A DNA stretch of 61,637 nt, counting the filler, from Sphacelaria rigidula (lineage: Eukaryota): the NCBI GenBank assembly GCA_964200075.2. It is 8 parts of 8 records of this genome, joined end to end, with 100 filler letters (N's around TTAATTAATTAA, not from the genome) between each part and the next. Parts side by side here need not be neighbours in the genome. Positions count along the whole stretch, not along the records: positions 23,154 to 30,770 come from CAXNAA020014074.1; positions 30,871 to 38,487 come from CAXNAA020014075.1; 6 more parts are not named here. One strand, written 5' to 3'. Below the pieces are notes generated by a model. That model was given only the letters and a program-made list of their open reading frames with translations, was not told the DNA's origin and searched no databases. Within the stretch, counting starts at the first letter, position 1. Every line of letters starts with the position of its first letter. This document shows, in pieces, positions 24,253 through 35,639 of the stretch. The translations under genes and the position numbers were made by a program.

Positions 24253-25092
24253 TTGAGGATTGATTCGTACGGTACGAATCAACTACACTATAATCAAGTG
24301 ATTTCCAGAGGAATTATTATTTCGTCCAACCCTTGAACGAATGGCATCTCCACGGATGGCCACCGACGCCCAGAGCACCCCGACACAGCGCCGCGTTGGT
24401 CAGTCTCCTGTCGGTGTTTCGTAGCATTGCGCTGCCGCAGAGCAGATTCTACGAGTGGCGCTGAATACAACAACAGTACAGTAGAGTATAGTAGTACTAG
24501 CTTCACCTTTCGACTGCGGCTTTTTTAATGTTCACCCTCCCCTCTTTCCGCAATTCAATTGATCTTCGCCCCCCTTTGTCCAACCCTCTGACCGCCAGAG
24601 TGGGTCGTGTACAGGATCGACAGCATCATCTCAAATGTGAAAACACAGATGTACGCCCGACATGTGTGACCCACGCTGGCACGCGAAGACCTTCGCTTCG
24701 TGAAAAGCAAAGAACTAGACCTCCCTCGACGCCCGCAGATGAGCCACCTTGCGGTTGTCGTCAGATGATGTTTCATTTCACGAGTGGAAATGACGTCGAA
24801 TAAAATAGATGGGGACATGAACAGGAAAGAAAGACCGGGCTGCAACGCAGTCAAACGGAGTTCATGTCCCGCTGCCACTGTTGTTGTTTTTGCCAATGAC
24901 AGCAATCGTGACCTCGATTCCTGTATGCAAATAACCCTCCTCTCAACCGTGGAGATCTCCCAGAAGACTTTCGCAGTGAAAAGTGTGATCACTCAAGGGA
25001 TCTTAAACTCGAGCTCCCTGGTATATCTCAGCAATTTGAAGTCGAATATACCGGGAACCTCGAGTTTGAAATACCTCTTTTTCGGCGTGTTA

Positions 25093-25410
25093 GCCCTTAG
25101 ACCGCGGTGCGGGTGGTCCATCTGTATCATGCACACGTTTTTTCTAGTGAATACTGATGCCGATTCATCAGGTGGACCTATTCTTGCGGGCAAAGGTTTA
25201 AAACCCCTTGGACGGCGAGAGTACGTCATCTGCTGAATCGGCATCGATTTTAACTCGGAAAAAGTATGCATGATCCAGATGGACTGCCCTCGCGGTCCAA
25301 GGGTTGATCTTCGAACCGCGATGCGAGGGTAGTCCATCTGAATCATGCATACTTTTTTGCAAGTAAATTGATCCCGATTCAGCAGGTGACCTACCGTCGT
25401 GGTCAAAGGA
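25093..25410. mobile_element. Cluster of three degenerate piggyBac-like MITE copies
   Basis: Repeated CCCTTAGACCGCG / CTCGCGGTCCAAGGG termini and GATGCCGATTCA cores in alternating orientation. Confidence 0.62.
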
Positions 25411-26011
25411 TCAGGACAAGAAAAGCGTGAGGATCTTCAACTTCGAGGCGATCCGAACAGTCTTCAGTAAGATGAGTGGTAGGGCACGCGGGTGTGCACG
25501 TACGGTCAAATGCACGTGGTGGGATGATCAGGGGTGGGGTTTTTGCGCTGATGCCCCCCTTTTTTTTCCTCCGCTGCCCAAGCCGTTTCCAAACAGTGAG
25601 TTTGAGATACTTCTACTATTATCATAGCACAACATGAACATGCGATACCCCTCGCGCTACGTTGAACATGCGACACATAGCAGATGTAACAATATCGTAG
25701 TAGAGACGGAAACACCGCACTCGAAGTGCAACCCACCACACCACCACACCACCACACTACCTTGAGCAAAACTTTCCCAACGATCGAGGCGCCTACCCCA
25801 CATGACTGCCGTAAGGTGGTCTATTCGAGCCTCCAAGTAATCGGCACACGAACTCGATTGTAGTGGAAGTGTTGCATGAGGATTTCTCCATCCTTCAGGG
25901 GCCAAGAAGGGAAAAACGTTCCCCCCCCTCCACTCTCAAATCATCCATGGTTGATAATACTGAATTTGAGAGTGTGAGCTCACCAATATTCGGATTTGGG
26001 CAATGACTCAA

Positions 26012-26211
26012 CCCTTAGACCGCGAGATGAGTCTTTCTGGACCATGCATACTTTTGTTTCACTTGAAATTGATGCCGATTCAACTGGAGACTAACCTTGC
26101 GGTCTGAGGGTTAACCCTCAGACAGCGAGAGTAGGTCATCTGTTGAATCTGCATCAATTTCACTTGAAAAAAGTTTGCCTAATCCAAATAGACTAACCTC
26201 GCGGTCCAAGA
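26012..26211. mobile_element. Two head-to-head piggyBac-like MITEs joined at TTAA (26111-26114)
   Basis: CCCTTAGACCGCGAG...GGTCTGAGGG-TTAA-CCCTCAGACAGCGAG...CTCGCGGTCCAAG. Confidence 0.7.
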
Positions 26212-26220
26212 TTCAAATAA

Positions 26221-27469
26221 GGTATACCTTCTCGTTTCTTGCCCAAAAAAGGTGAGACACGAATCAGAGAAGCGAAAACAGTAAAACACACAATCAAAAC
26301 TGATTTCGCTCCGAATGTTTCACGCTCAGCAATCGGGGTTCTCCTCGGCACCCGGGCCTCGAAAACAATCAGCAAAAAAATTCAAGTTACTCGCGAGATA
26401 TGGCTATGCGCAGAAGGGCGTCTCGCCTCAAGAAACCACTTCCTCTTTCTAGCCCAAATTTCGGCCAGGTGCACCCGATCTAGGAATTATTTTCAATTGT
26501 ACCTTATCTGGGCCATCACTTCCCACGCTGTATCTGACGCGGCACACTGCGCGCAAGCGAATTCACGCGCCAACTCCAGCTATGACGCCCACACATTCGG
26601 CTCTCACCATTTGCCGCCCACGAAAGCACAACGACCATACCCCCTTCTTCCCGGAAATGATTCCCAAGTCTCTCCGCATCGACACAAGAACTGAACTCAC
26701 AATTCATAACGCGTTGGTCTCTTACGCTTCCCGGGTGTTACGTAACATCGTGCCTTTGCGATCTGGGGCTGGAGTCATGTTCCGTATCAACCCTTAGACC
26801 GCGAGATGAGTCTTTCTGGATCATGCATACTTTGTTTCACTTGAATTTGATGCCGATTCAACAGAAGACTAACCTCGCGGTCTAAGGGTTGAGCCTTTTG
26901 GGACCCTTTTCCCCACAAGCGTATGTTACTGGTATGTGTCCAATTGTGGGGAGTCTGGTCCCACAAGGGTTAATGGTTGTGGCGTTAGAGTCAGCAAGTA
27001 ACATGTGGGCGTTGTGGCGTTCGTGGACGGCAAATGGGCGGGAAAAGAGCCGTATGTGTGGGCGCCATAACTGGAGTTGGCGCGTGAACTCTCTTGCGCG
27101 CAGTGTGCCGCATCAGATACAGCGCGGGAAGCGATGGCCCAGGATAGATCCTTTGTAGGCCGACTAGTGGCCCAGATAAGTTACAATTGAAAAATAATTC
27201 CTAGATCGGGTACACCTGGCCGAAATTTGGCCTAGAAAGGGGACGAGGTTTCTGGAGGCGAGACGTTCTTCTGCGCATGGCCATATCTCGCGACTAACAT
27301 GTTTTTTTTTTTTTCTGATTCGTTTTCGAGGCCCGGGTGCCGAGGAGACCCCCGATTGCTGTGCTTGAAATCATTCGGAGCGAAATCGGTTCAGATTGTG
27401 TGCTCTGCTGTTTTCGCGTTTCTGATCCGTTTTCGTACCTTTCTTGAGCAAAAAGCAAGAAGGTATACC
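26221..27469. mobile_element. Foldback non-autonomous DNA transposon with ~400-bp inverted arms (possibly Kolobok-like), carrying a nested MITE
   Basis: Arms 26221-~26625 and ~27020-27469 are reverse complements (GGTATACCTTCT..., CAATCGGGG.TCTCCTCGGCACCCGGGCCTCGAAAAC, TCTAGGAATTATTTT.CAATTGTA, TTCACGCGCCAACTCCAG). Flanks ATAA and TTCA are each one mismatch from TTAA. Confidence 0.8.
26791..26888. mobile_element. 98-bp piggyBac-like MITE (best-preserved copy)
   Basis: Perfect 15-bp TIR CCCTTAGACCGCGAG/CTCGCGGTCTAAGGG; nearly identical to 26012-26110. Confidence 0.8.
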
Positions 27470-30400
27470 TTCACAACGCCATAGCCCTTCGGATTTTCAG
27501 TGGGGCTAACACACCCGATTGCGTGCGCCGCATGCATTTTTGTCCGATTTGGCGTCTGCAAATTTCGCCAAGGGCATCCTGTTCACCCTGGTTCTTGTCT
27601 GAATATTCTCGCTCTGCCTTGGGTCGGGGTTAGGGTTACGGTTCAGCATTATTAAAAATATACGTTTCGATTCATGTGTGACATGAAGGTACCTGTGGAA
27701 ACGCTGCTACTGCACGCCCGAGCGGGACTGTACGCACAGAAACCATCTCTTGATCTCTTTCTGAACCTTTAGCTCAACACGTGCTCTAACCTTCTGAAGG
27801 TCGACATTTTTACATGGATAAGGAATACACCACGAGAGCGTGAAAATCGGTGCGAGGTGTGAAGCAGGGGTATGTAAGTCATGATCATGGGTTGGGAAGG
27901 AGGGAAGAGGCAACGCATGGTGTGCATCTTGTCGACAAAAGTGGGGATCGTGGACGAACGAGGAGCTGCGGGGCTACAACAGCATCGATCATTTGTTCCG
28001 AAAGGACGCCTGACGGTGACAGCGGGCATACAAGAGTTGAAGAGTCGGACGAATTGACGATTCGTCCGGAAATTACTTGATTTTAGTGTAATTGATTCGT
28101 ACCGTGCGAATCAATCATCACGCTTTTTATTTTCAGCGATGCAACCCAGGTACGCGCAGCCCATGCACGCGGAATGGCGCAAAAGTTATGTGGAGACCTG
28201 TTTGACCAGCGGTCGACTTCTTTCTCTTTTTGGAGGAATTAGGCCCGAGAAATCGTGGATTTGGTTTTTCGAACCGGCGATCATTCGTCCGACACGTGCA
28301 AGAGTCAAGAGTTGATTCATCACAAGATCGAAGAGAGCTGGGCTTCCATCTACTATGTTATATTGGCCCGATTTTTGAAAAAAAAAAACGTTCATCTTCA
28401 GAATAATGATGGGTCACATGCACACAGAACCGGTGCTAGCGTTGTAAGTAGAAGCCGCAAGGGAGGGCGGCAGGGGGGGAGGGCGAGGAAGAGATAGAGA
28501 GACGGAAAACCGGCGAGGATATGACATACTCTCACTCTCCGTCCCCAGAGGCCTGAAACCGGCAGACCCGGGACAACGTAATGTTCATGACACAATTATA
28601 ATGTAGTCGTTCAGAAATGGTTCAGCTATTGTAGTCGGTTTTCAGCGTTTTAACGCTACAGAACAGTCAGTACCTTCAAGGACGACATGAATACACGAGT
28701 GCGCTGTAGAAAAAAATTGAGTGTTTTTTTTTCATGTAAGAAAATGAACTAAAATACTGTCTATATCGCACAGGGGGGGATGATCAAGGCCAGCCCGCAA
28801 TACTGTGTACACAGGTTGTTCAAAGAGAGGCCCAGATCCACTAACACAGCAGTATGATCATACTTGTACCCGTTATATCACAGCTGTTGCTCCCAACGTC
28901 GAGATGTAAACGCACGAGTGTATCTGAACCCGCTGACCTATTTGATTGTTTGCGGGTGCCGTATAGGAATGGCTGTAGTGACAGAAAGAAATGGTGCTAT
29001 TATAGTAAGACCGTGTCTAATCAGATTGTTTTCGGCTCGAAAATGTACGGTGGAATCGAATCTGCTCGTACCTGACACGTCCACGGCATTCATGTTTTAA
29101 ACCATCCGAGAAAAAAAATGGCGTGGACGAATAAAAAAACGAGCGAATTCGATTCGATCGCACGCTTTCCGACACGGAAACAACTAGAAAGACACAGCCC
29201 AACGCCACTTCTTGTATACTGAAAAAAGTAACTGGAAACAGTCGTTTTGGTCAGCTTCCAGATACTTCTTTCGGAACGCGACCTTTGTACAGGGCCATCT
29301 TTTATGAAAAAAGTCTCTGGAAACTGCGCGTCGTTTCTGAACAGCGAGATTTTTTTTTCCCCCCCAAATCTCGGTGAGAAAAGCCGTCAGTTCTCAGTGA
29401 TATGATATCAAACTGTCTGGAAATTGATGTTCCATCAGACACTCCTCTCACTCCGCACCCGCAAAGGTACACTCAGTGTTTTATCACACACTCGTCGCAT
29501 ACAAGTTTAGTGCACTCAGTGCCAAAGTAGCCACGAATGTTGTATGTACAGTACCGTAGCAGCAGCATAGGTGCTGCAGCACTCCGTGCATCCTCTTCGT
29601 GACCGTAGCACCAGAAACAGAGAGTACAGTACAGTACAGTGCAGTGCTTTTTCGCTGGCAGCTTTACTACTGTAAAATAGCACGGTGCGCCCCTGCTGGC
29701 TGTTTTAACTGCTCGTACCGTTTCATACTCGTCGTGCCAGCCACCGATTGTGAACTGTGTAGTTTTGTGTGCACTGGAGACGGTCGCTACGAGCTGGGCC
29801 AGCTGACAGTGATTTGCGAATGCATCCGGGCCGGGCGATGGGTAATCCGAAGCGTTGGGCGCTGAAATTTTGACACATCATTCATCATCACTGCGCATAA
29901 CCTTTCCGGGGATGCGAAGGAAAAAACAAACAGACAGAAAGTTACGACGATTTGAAGTTTCTGCAAAATCTAGAAACACGCTTCAACTCCGTGAAAATAT
30001 GAAATAAGGAGGCATCCCGAGTGTAGTTGTGCGTCCTTGTGTAGGGGTGATCCTGGTCCAATTTCGGCCAAAAATTCCAGAAATTTGGCGCAGCATCCAA
30101 CTTTTCGTGTGGCACGGCTGCGCTGTTTTCATTCCACGTGATGCAGTTGTTTTCAGTTATGGAGGTCACGAGTTCAAATCCTGACGGATTCTTTTTTTTC
30201 TTGTTCCGCCGGTTAGGTGATACATTATGCAGTACATTTTCTTCATTTTTCATTTATTCAGCGGCGGTCCCGTGCGTTCCCACGTCGGTCTGCAGGTCAC
30301 GCCGATAAAGTGAAGTCGGGCTGATTCCGTAAACTTGGTAAGTTATGGTGTGACATGCATATGCGGGGTTTGCTGCTGGCCCAGCTCGTACCGCATTTCT

Positions 30401-30670
30401 GACTACCACGTGGGTTTGTTGTGTGTGGTATGGCACAAACGGTACTGCTGCACACTGCAACGCTCAAGACACTACCTCTGTACCAAGCGGTGATCGGCTG
30501 CAGTAAGGCTTGATACACCTGTCATTTCCATCTTTGTAATACCAGTAGCTACTGACTGTATGCGTGTGCGTGCGTGTGTGTTGCCATCCCACCCATCCTG
30601 TACCTGGACAGGACTACGTGTTGGTTTACCCGAGGGGCCCCATATCGGGAAATCCATGAGCCCCCCCCTC

Positions 30671-30705
<35 letters not shown>

Positions 30706-30770
30706 CCCCACGAAGGGGGAGGAGAGCTAGTAAAAAAAAAAACAAAAAAACAAAAAAACAGCACCCACCC

Positions 30771-30870
30771 NNNNNNNNNNNNNNNNNNNNNNNNNNNNNN
30801 NNNNNNNNNNNNNNTTAATTAATTAANNNNNNNNNNNNNNNNNNNNNNNNNNNNNNNNNNNNNNNNNNNN
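30771..30870. other. Artificial contig linker
   Basis: N44-TTAATTAATTAA-N44. Confidence 0.97.
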
Positions 30871-32199
30871 TAGCTTACGCAGTGAGTGGCGTGTTTTACA
30901 GCGTCATCGCCAACCGACGCTAACCCCATCGGGGGCGGTGAATGGCAGGGGAGGGGGGGGTAGGGTGGGGGGGTGGGGGTACTTATTCGTTGCTTGCCGT
31001 AGTCGTTTGACCATTGACCACGCATCCCTTTCGGGACGGAGCACTGTGAATGACAGGCAGGAGATTGAACGTTCGATTTATACCACATGAATCGTGTGTG
31101 AGAAAAGGGGCGGAATCCCTTGTTTTGCAGGACTCGTACAATTTGCTTCATTCGCACGAAGAATTCCCTCTACGCATCATACAAGCTATTTTTTGTTCAT
31201 ACCTTTTGACTCCACTTTATTAGTAGTATGCTGCCGAATTTATTTCAGAAACCTGTACATACCTTGGAGTACATACATGTTTTACCCGGTTTCCTCTCTC
31301 AAAGAAGCTACGTTCAGCGCGCACAGAAGTCAACAAATTATGCTCATCACACCAGGCTATAAAACGGGAACTCCAACCACCCCCGCGAAATGTGTCTACA
31401 ATCGACCATTCCGAACGTCGGACGAAAATGTCATGGTTCGTCCGAATTCAAGTTCTGCCCGAATCAATTGTGCGATTTGTTGAGTGATCCCGCGCGATAG
31501 TCCCCCTTCCCCAGGAAACGTGACTGATTTGAGGAGGCAAAATTTACATGGGAATCGAAATAACAAAATCGGAGCACACGTTGTAGCTGGGAATTCCCAC
31601 GATATGAATCGACTTGGACAATGGCGCCCATATGGGGCTTTACGCAGTCTGGACGCAGCAATCATTCGATTTCTGTGTGACAGTTTCGGGGCTGATTTGG
31701 GGGGGAGGGGGAGGAGGGTATCGTGAAACCATGGCTGGCAAGCCTTCGCAGTGGTACACCAGTCTGAGTATACATGGATAGCTCATTTAACATATCACAC
31801 ACATCTGTTATAAGCCCTACAAGATACCAGGTAGAGCAGACTTTTCAACCGAGTGTCGCACCAAGATTGTGTCATGAGCTTAGAAGGCGTTATGGCCAAC
31901 TCAAGGAGTGTGGGGTGCAGGTCTGATTAGGCTTGATCAGACCGGGTGTGAGCTTGAAAAAGATGGAATAGGCAGTGATAATTAGTACGTCTCACTCACG
32001 ACCAAGGCACTGCAAGCTAGCTAGTCCGGTGAGACACGTGAAAGAGCATTGGGCAAAGCGGTAGAAAACACGAGTGAGCAAGAGTCCCACATATCAGGTG
32101 GGTATCAAGCTATCATTAGAGCAATTCTGGGGTAGGGGTGTACTTTTTGCGCAAACTCTTGCCTGGTTAAGAGGCTCCTACTGTCACGAAATTCTAGAT

Positions 32200-33040
32200 G
32201 CACAAGAGTATGGATAAGGGCGCGTCTGAACACATGTTTTTCGATCGAAAACGTGTAGTCGAAATGTTCTTCGCCGATCCGATAGGTCCACCGCATTCAT
32301 GCTTCCAGAAGGCTTCAACTCAAAACTATAATTAGCGCGCGCGGAGAAGAATAGGTCGAGGTATAAAACAATCGTGTTCGATCGAAAACATACGGCCGAA
32401 AGGCACGAAGCGGCACTTGACTCCTATCTTATAGATCAACACGCGAGATAACACCTGTTCACAGGAGCATGCATACTCCATCCAACTTATTCTCAGCTAC
32501 CACCGCAACCCTGCAGCATAGGGCACGAGTTGAGCCCAGGGATAGATACACTGCAGTAGTTGGGTGTGCTTCGTGTACTTTTGTTAGCGAAAACTTGCGC
32601 ATCTTCTTTTATTGGAGGGATCAGAGATGGAACTGCCTGGTACGGTGGGCCACCGAGTTGTGTGCACGCTCATGGACAGTGCAGGCAGTGAAACACTGCA
32701 CGTTACTGAAGTCCTCTTCACGTCGCATTAGGAACAGAGAGAACTGATAGTCCTGTGCTGTCTGCACTGCACATTGTCCGCTTCTCTTCTATCTCTTCCT
32801 GTTCAAACACGCACACACGCACTCAAGACACTGCTTGCAAGCAGTACGGACAATACAGACTGTCTGTACCGTAGATGAATGAGCATATACCGTTTCACGA
32901 ATTTCACAGTCTTTTTTCGATCGAAAGCTTAAAAATCCATCTGGATCCCACTACATCAAAACGAGGACATTTCGATCAGATCGATTCCACCGCCCCATTT
33001 TTTCGATTGAAAACATAAGTGCTAAGACACGCCCTCAGGG
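32200..33040 (+). repeat. ~820-bp dispersed repeat, copy 2 (see 8010-8830)
   Basis: Collinear shared blocks with 8010-8830. Confidence 0.75.
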
Positions 33041-33439
33041 TATCCCCCGTTCCTTCGAGGCCCTTAGGGCTGAAAAGGCTTCCACTGATCCTAAATCCGA
33101 AACGATTCCGTCCGTCCGGGAATCATTACAAAGCTCCGAACCACGCCCTTTTTTCTCCCGAGTTGATTCGAAGCCGCGGTGCGCGAAAAAACCACCGCAT
33201 TGCTCTTCCATCATCATTTGAGACGCCCTCAACAAGTTTCAGCTTCATTGGTGCTCACGGCGTTATGTTTCGCTTGTGTGTCTGGGCGCAGTCAAGAACA
33301 AACCCAATCCGATCTCCTTCGAGCAGAGCGAGCCTTGACTTCTCAGACTTGACTGTCGGAACTTCATTCGAGGCACTTTCGGAGGTTACTTTTGGGGGTC
33401 GGAGGCATCAGATACAGCAACCGGCTGAATGTATTCGCA

Positions 33440-33865
33440 CGCCCTCAAGGGGTTTTCGCTATATTGCTGCTTTCTGCGTTGTCTTCTCTTGGGCATGCCA
33501 CCGCTGTCCGTGGCTGAGGTGAAGAGAGTATTGAAGTACGTGATCGTGTCGGCAAAAGGCGAACGTATGGGCGCTTGTGGTCGCAACGTACGCGGGGGGC
33601 AGAAACGTCTCTCGGCTTCCATGGCGACAAATGGAGATCGTACGGGTGCTTGCCATCACAACGTACGAGACGTTCATTTTTTACCATGCACCCTACACGC
33701 ACTGAAGAGCTGCTAGACTTCGTTTAGCTCGGAGCTGTCCCCAATCCCGACCGCTTCAATCACGTGCTTTAACACCCCCTTCACCTCAGCCATGGGCAGC
33801 GTCGGCACGCACAAGCGAAGGCGACGCGGAAAGCAGCAGTATGGCTGAACCTTCTAGAGGGTGTA
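33440..33865. repeat. Imperfect inverted repeat, ~105-bp arms and ~210-bp spacer
   Basis: TGCTGCTTTCTGCGTTGTCTTC...CCGTGGCTGAGGTGAAG...AAGTACGTGAT pairs with ATCACGTGCTT...CTTCACCTCAGCCATGG...GAAGGCGACGCGGAAAGCAGCA. Confidence 0.7.
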
Positions 33866-34699
33866 CAAAGTGATTCGGAGAGTCCGTTTCGACATATGGC
33901 AGGAATCGAGAGCCCACCGTTCCGTGCATCGCTACCAACGTGAGCGGATCGGCAGCAACCCAAGTCACGAGGTGTGTGTTGTCTTTGCATTCACGCGCAT
34001 ACCCTTACCTGCCGAAAGCAAGCGTGCTAATCCTTTCACCCTGCCTACACACGTGTAGGGATGGAGAGCTCTCCCTCCGATCGGTGTATCGCACACATGA
34101 GCGAATCGGCAGCGACTGAAGACACGAGGTGTGTGGAGACTCGGCATCGTTGCGCGCACACAAACATCATGCCTTCTTCCTCTTACCTCGCATCCGCTTC
34201 TCCCCTCGAATGCAAAATGGCCAGCAAACGTAAGCACCAGCGTGAGGTGGCGCAAATCCCAGATGATTTCAGCTCATTGTAGGCCGAAGCTGTGGTGTGC
34301 TTAATTCGCAAGGCCATCGACAATGCCGAGAAAGGGAAACACCTCGGACAGATATTGGATTATTTTTAAGGCGTGTATTGCGTTTCATCGCGCCACCACC
34401 GTATCCTTTGCTTCATGATTGATGTGGTAGCCGTCTTATCCGTTGTGAACGAAAGATACGAATGGTGTCCCCACCCGACGAATAGCTGTTTGCCGTAGTT
34501 CGCGCTTTATTGATATGTGTTCGGATCGTACGCACACGCTTTGATCTACGCTGGCAGCTGCCTCATCTCCTGACCTGCGGTTGTGTTTCAATCTATACAG
34601 AGCAATGTCGGACACAAACTGCTCTCTATATGAGAGTCAACGAGACGCTCGATTGCACAGTTGTGTTGATAACCGTTTCGTAGGCCTGACACTTTCTAC

Positions 34700-34960
34700 G
34701 ATAGCCCCCCCCCCCCAAGAACGAGTACACCCCCCAAGAAAGTGCATGGTTTTGGAAGGCAAGATCTTCACGTAAATTGAAATGGGAAAAGCCGAGCACA
34801 ACGAGAAGCTGGGAATCCCAGCGCTTGGGGTCGTTCTAGCCAATGTCGCCAATATGAGGCGCTTCATACAGTCTGAACCCGAACATCAGGCGCTGAATGG
34901 CCATTTGTTTCGTGACACGTTTGGGCTGGTTTTAGGGAGGGGTTATCGTAGAAAGTATCG
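34700..34960 (+). repeat. Dispersed repeat, second copy at ~56250-56490
   Basis: ATAGCCCCCCCCC...GGTTTTGGAAGGCAA.ATCTTCAC...AAATGGGAAAAGCCGAGCACAACGAG...GCCAATGTCGCCAAT.TGAGGCGCTTCAT shared. Confidence 0.78.
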
Positions 34961-35399
34961 CCTCGATATATCGTGTCGGAGAATCAATATCTGTGTAATT
35001 TGAAAACAGTTCGATCTATCGATCATGACAAGGATTTATTGAATACAACACGATGAATGCTGTGATTTTACTGAATACGGGGACAGTGCCTATCGATAGT
35101 ACACTAGCGCTATGTGTTTGTTGGTATCATGCCCCTACGTTCGCCCCCTTACTGCCCTCGCACCTGTTCGCTTCCCCTCCATTTTTCGAAATTTCATTGA
35201 AATCGAACACTGAGATTTCGATCCTGCACAGAAATGATGGTGACTCTTCGATTTCCATCGGTACTGTCAACGCGATGTGTGTTGTCTTTCCATCTATTCG
35301 GGACGCCAGTCTACAACTTTCGGTACATGTGGGCGCATTAGACGGGGTCACTTAGAGGAAGGCCAACACAAGATTCTATTTTTTAATTGCTTTTGAGCA

Positions 35400-35609
35400 C
35401 TCCAGCGTCCTTCTGCGGTGCTTCCTTTTCTTTTTACCGCGAGAGGGTTCCCTTCCCTCGTCGACCGTAAAGTCGAAATTGGTGTACTCACGATAGAGTT
35501 GCTCTCCGCTGTTGTGCAGTTGTAAAAATCCTAGGTCTATCCAAGATTCGAACCCACGTCTCAATCACCAGAAGGTTTCGAGGTTACCAACTGAGCCACC
35601 GGGGCGACC
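35400..35609 (-). mobile_element. tRNA-derived SINE (Pol III internal promoter head plus short body)
   Basis: Minus strand reads GGTCGCCCCGG-TGGCTCAGTTGG (A box)...GGTTCGAATCT (B box) but cannot close an acceptor stem. The 3' boundary is uncertain. Confidence 0.7.
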
Positions 35610-35639
35610 GACTACTGCTGTGTGTTACTCAATCCTGTC

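Noticed and set aside
35530..35609. Functional tRNA gene
   Set aside because: A and B boxes are present, but no acceptor stem or canonical anticodon arm can be formed; better explained as a SINE head.
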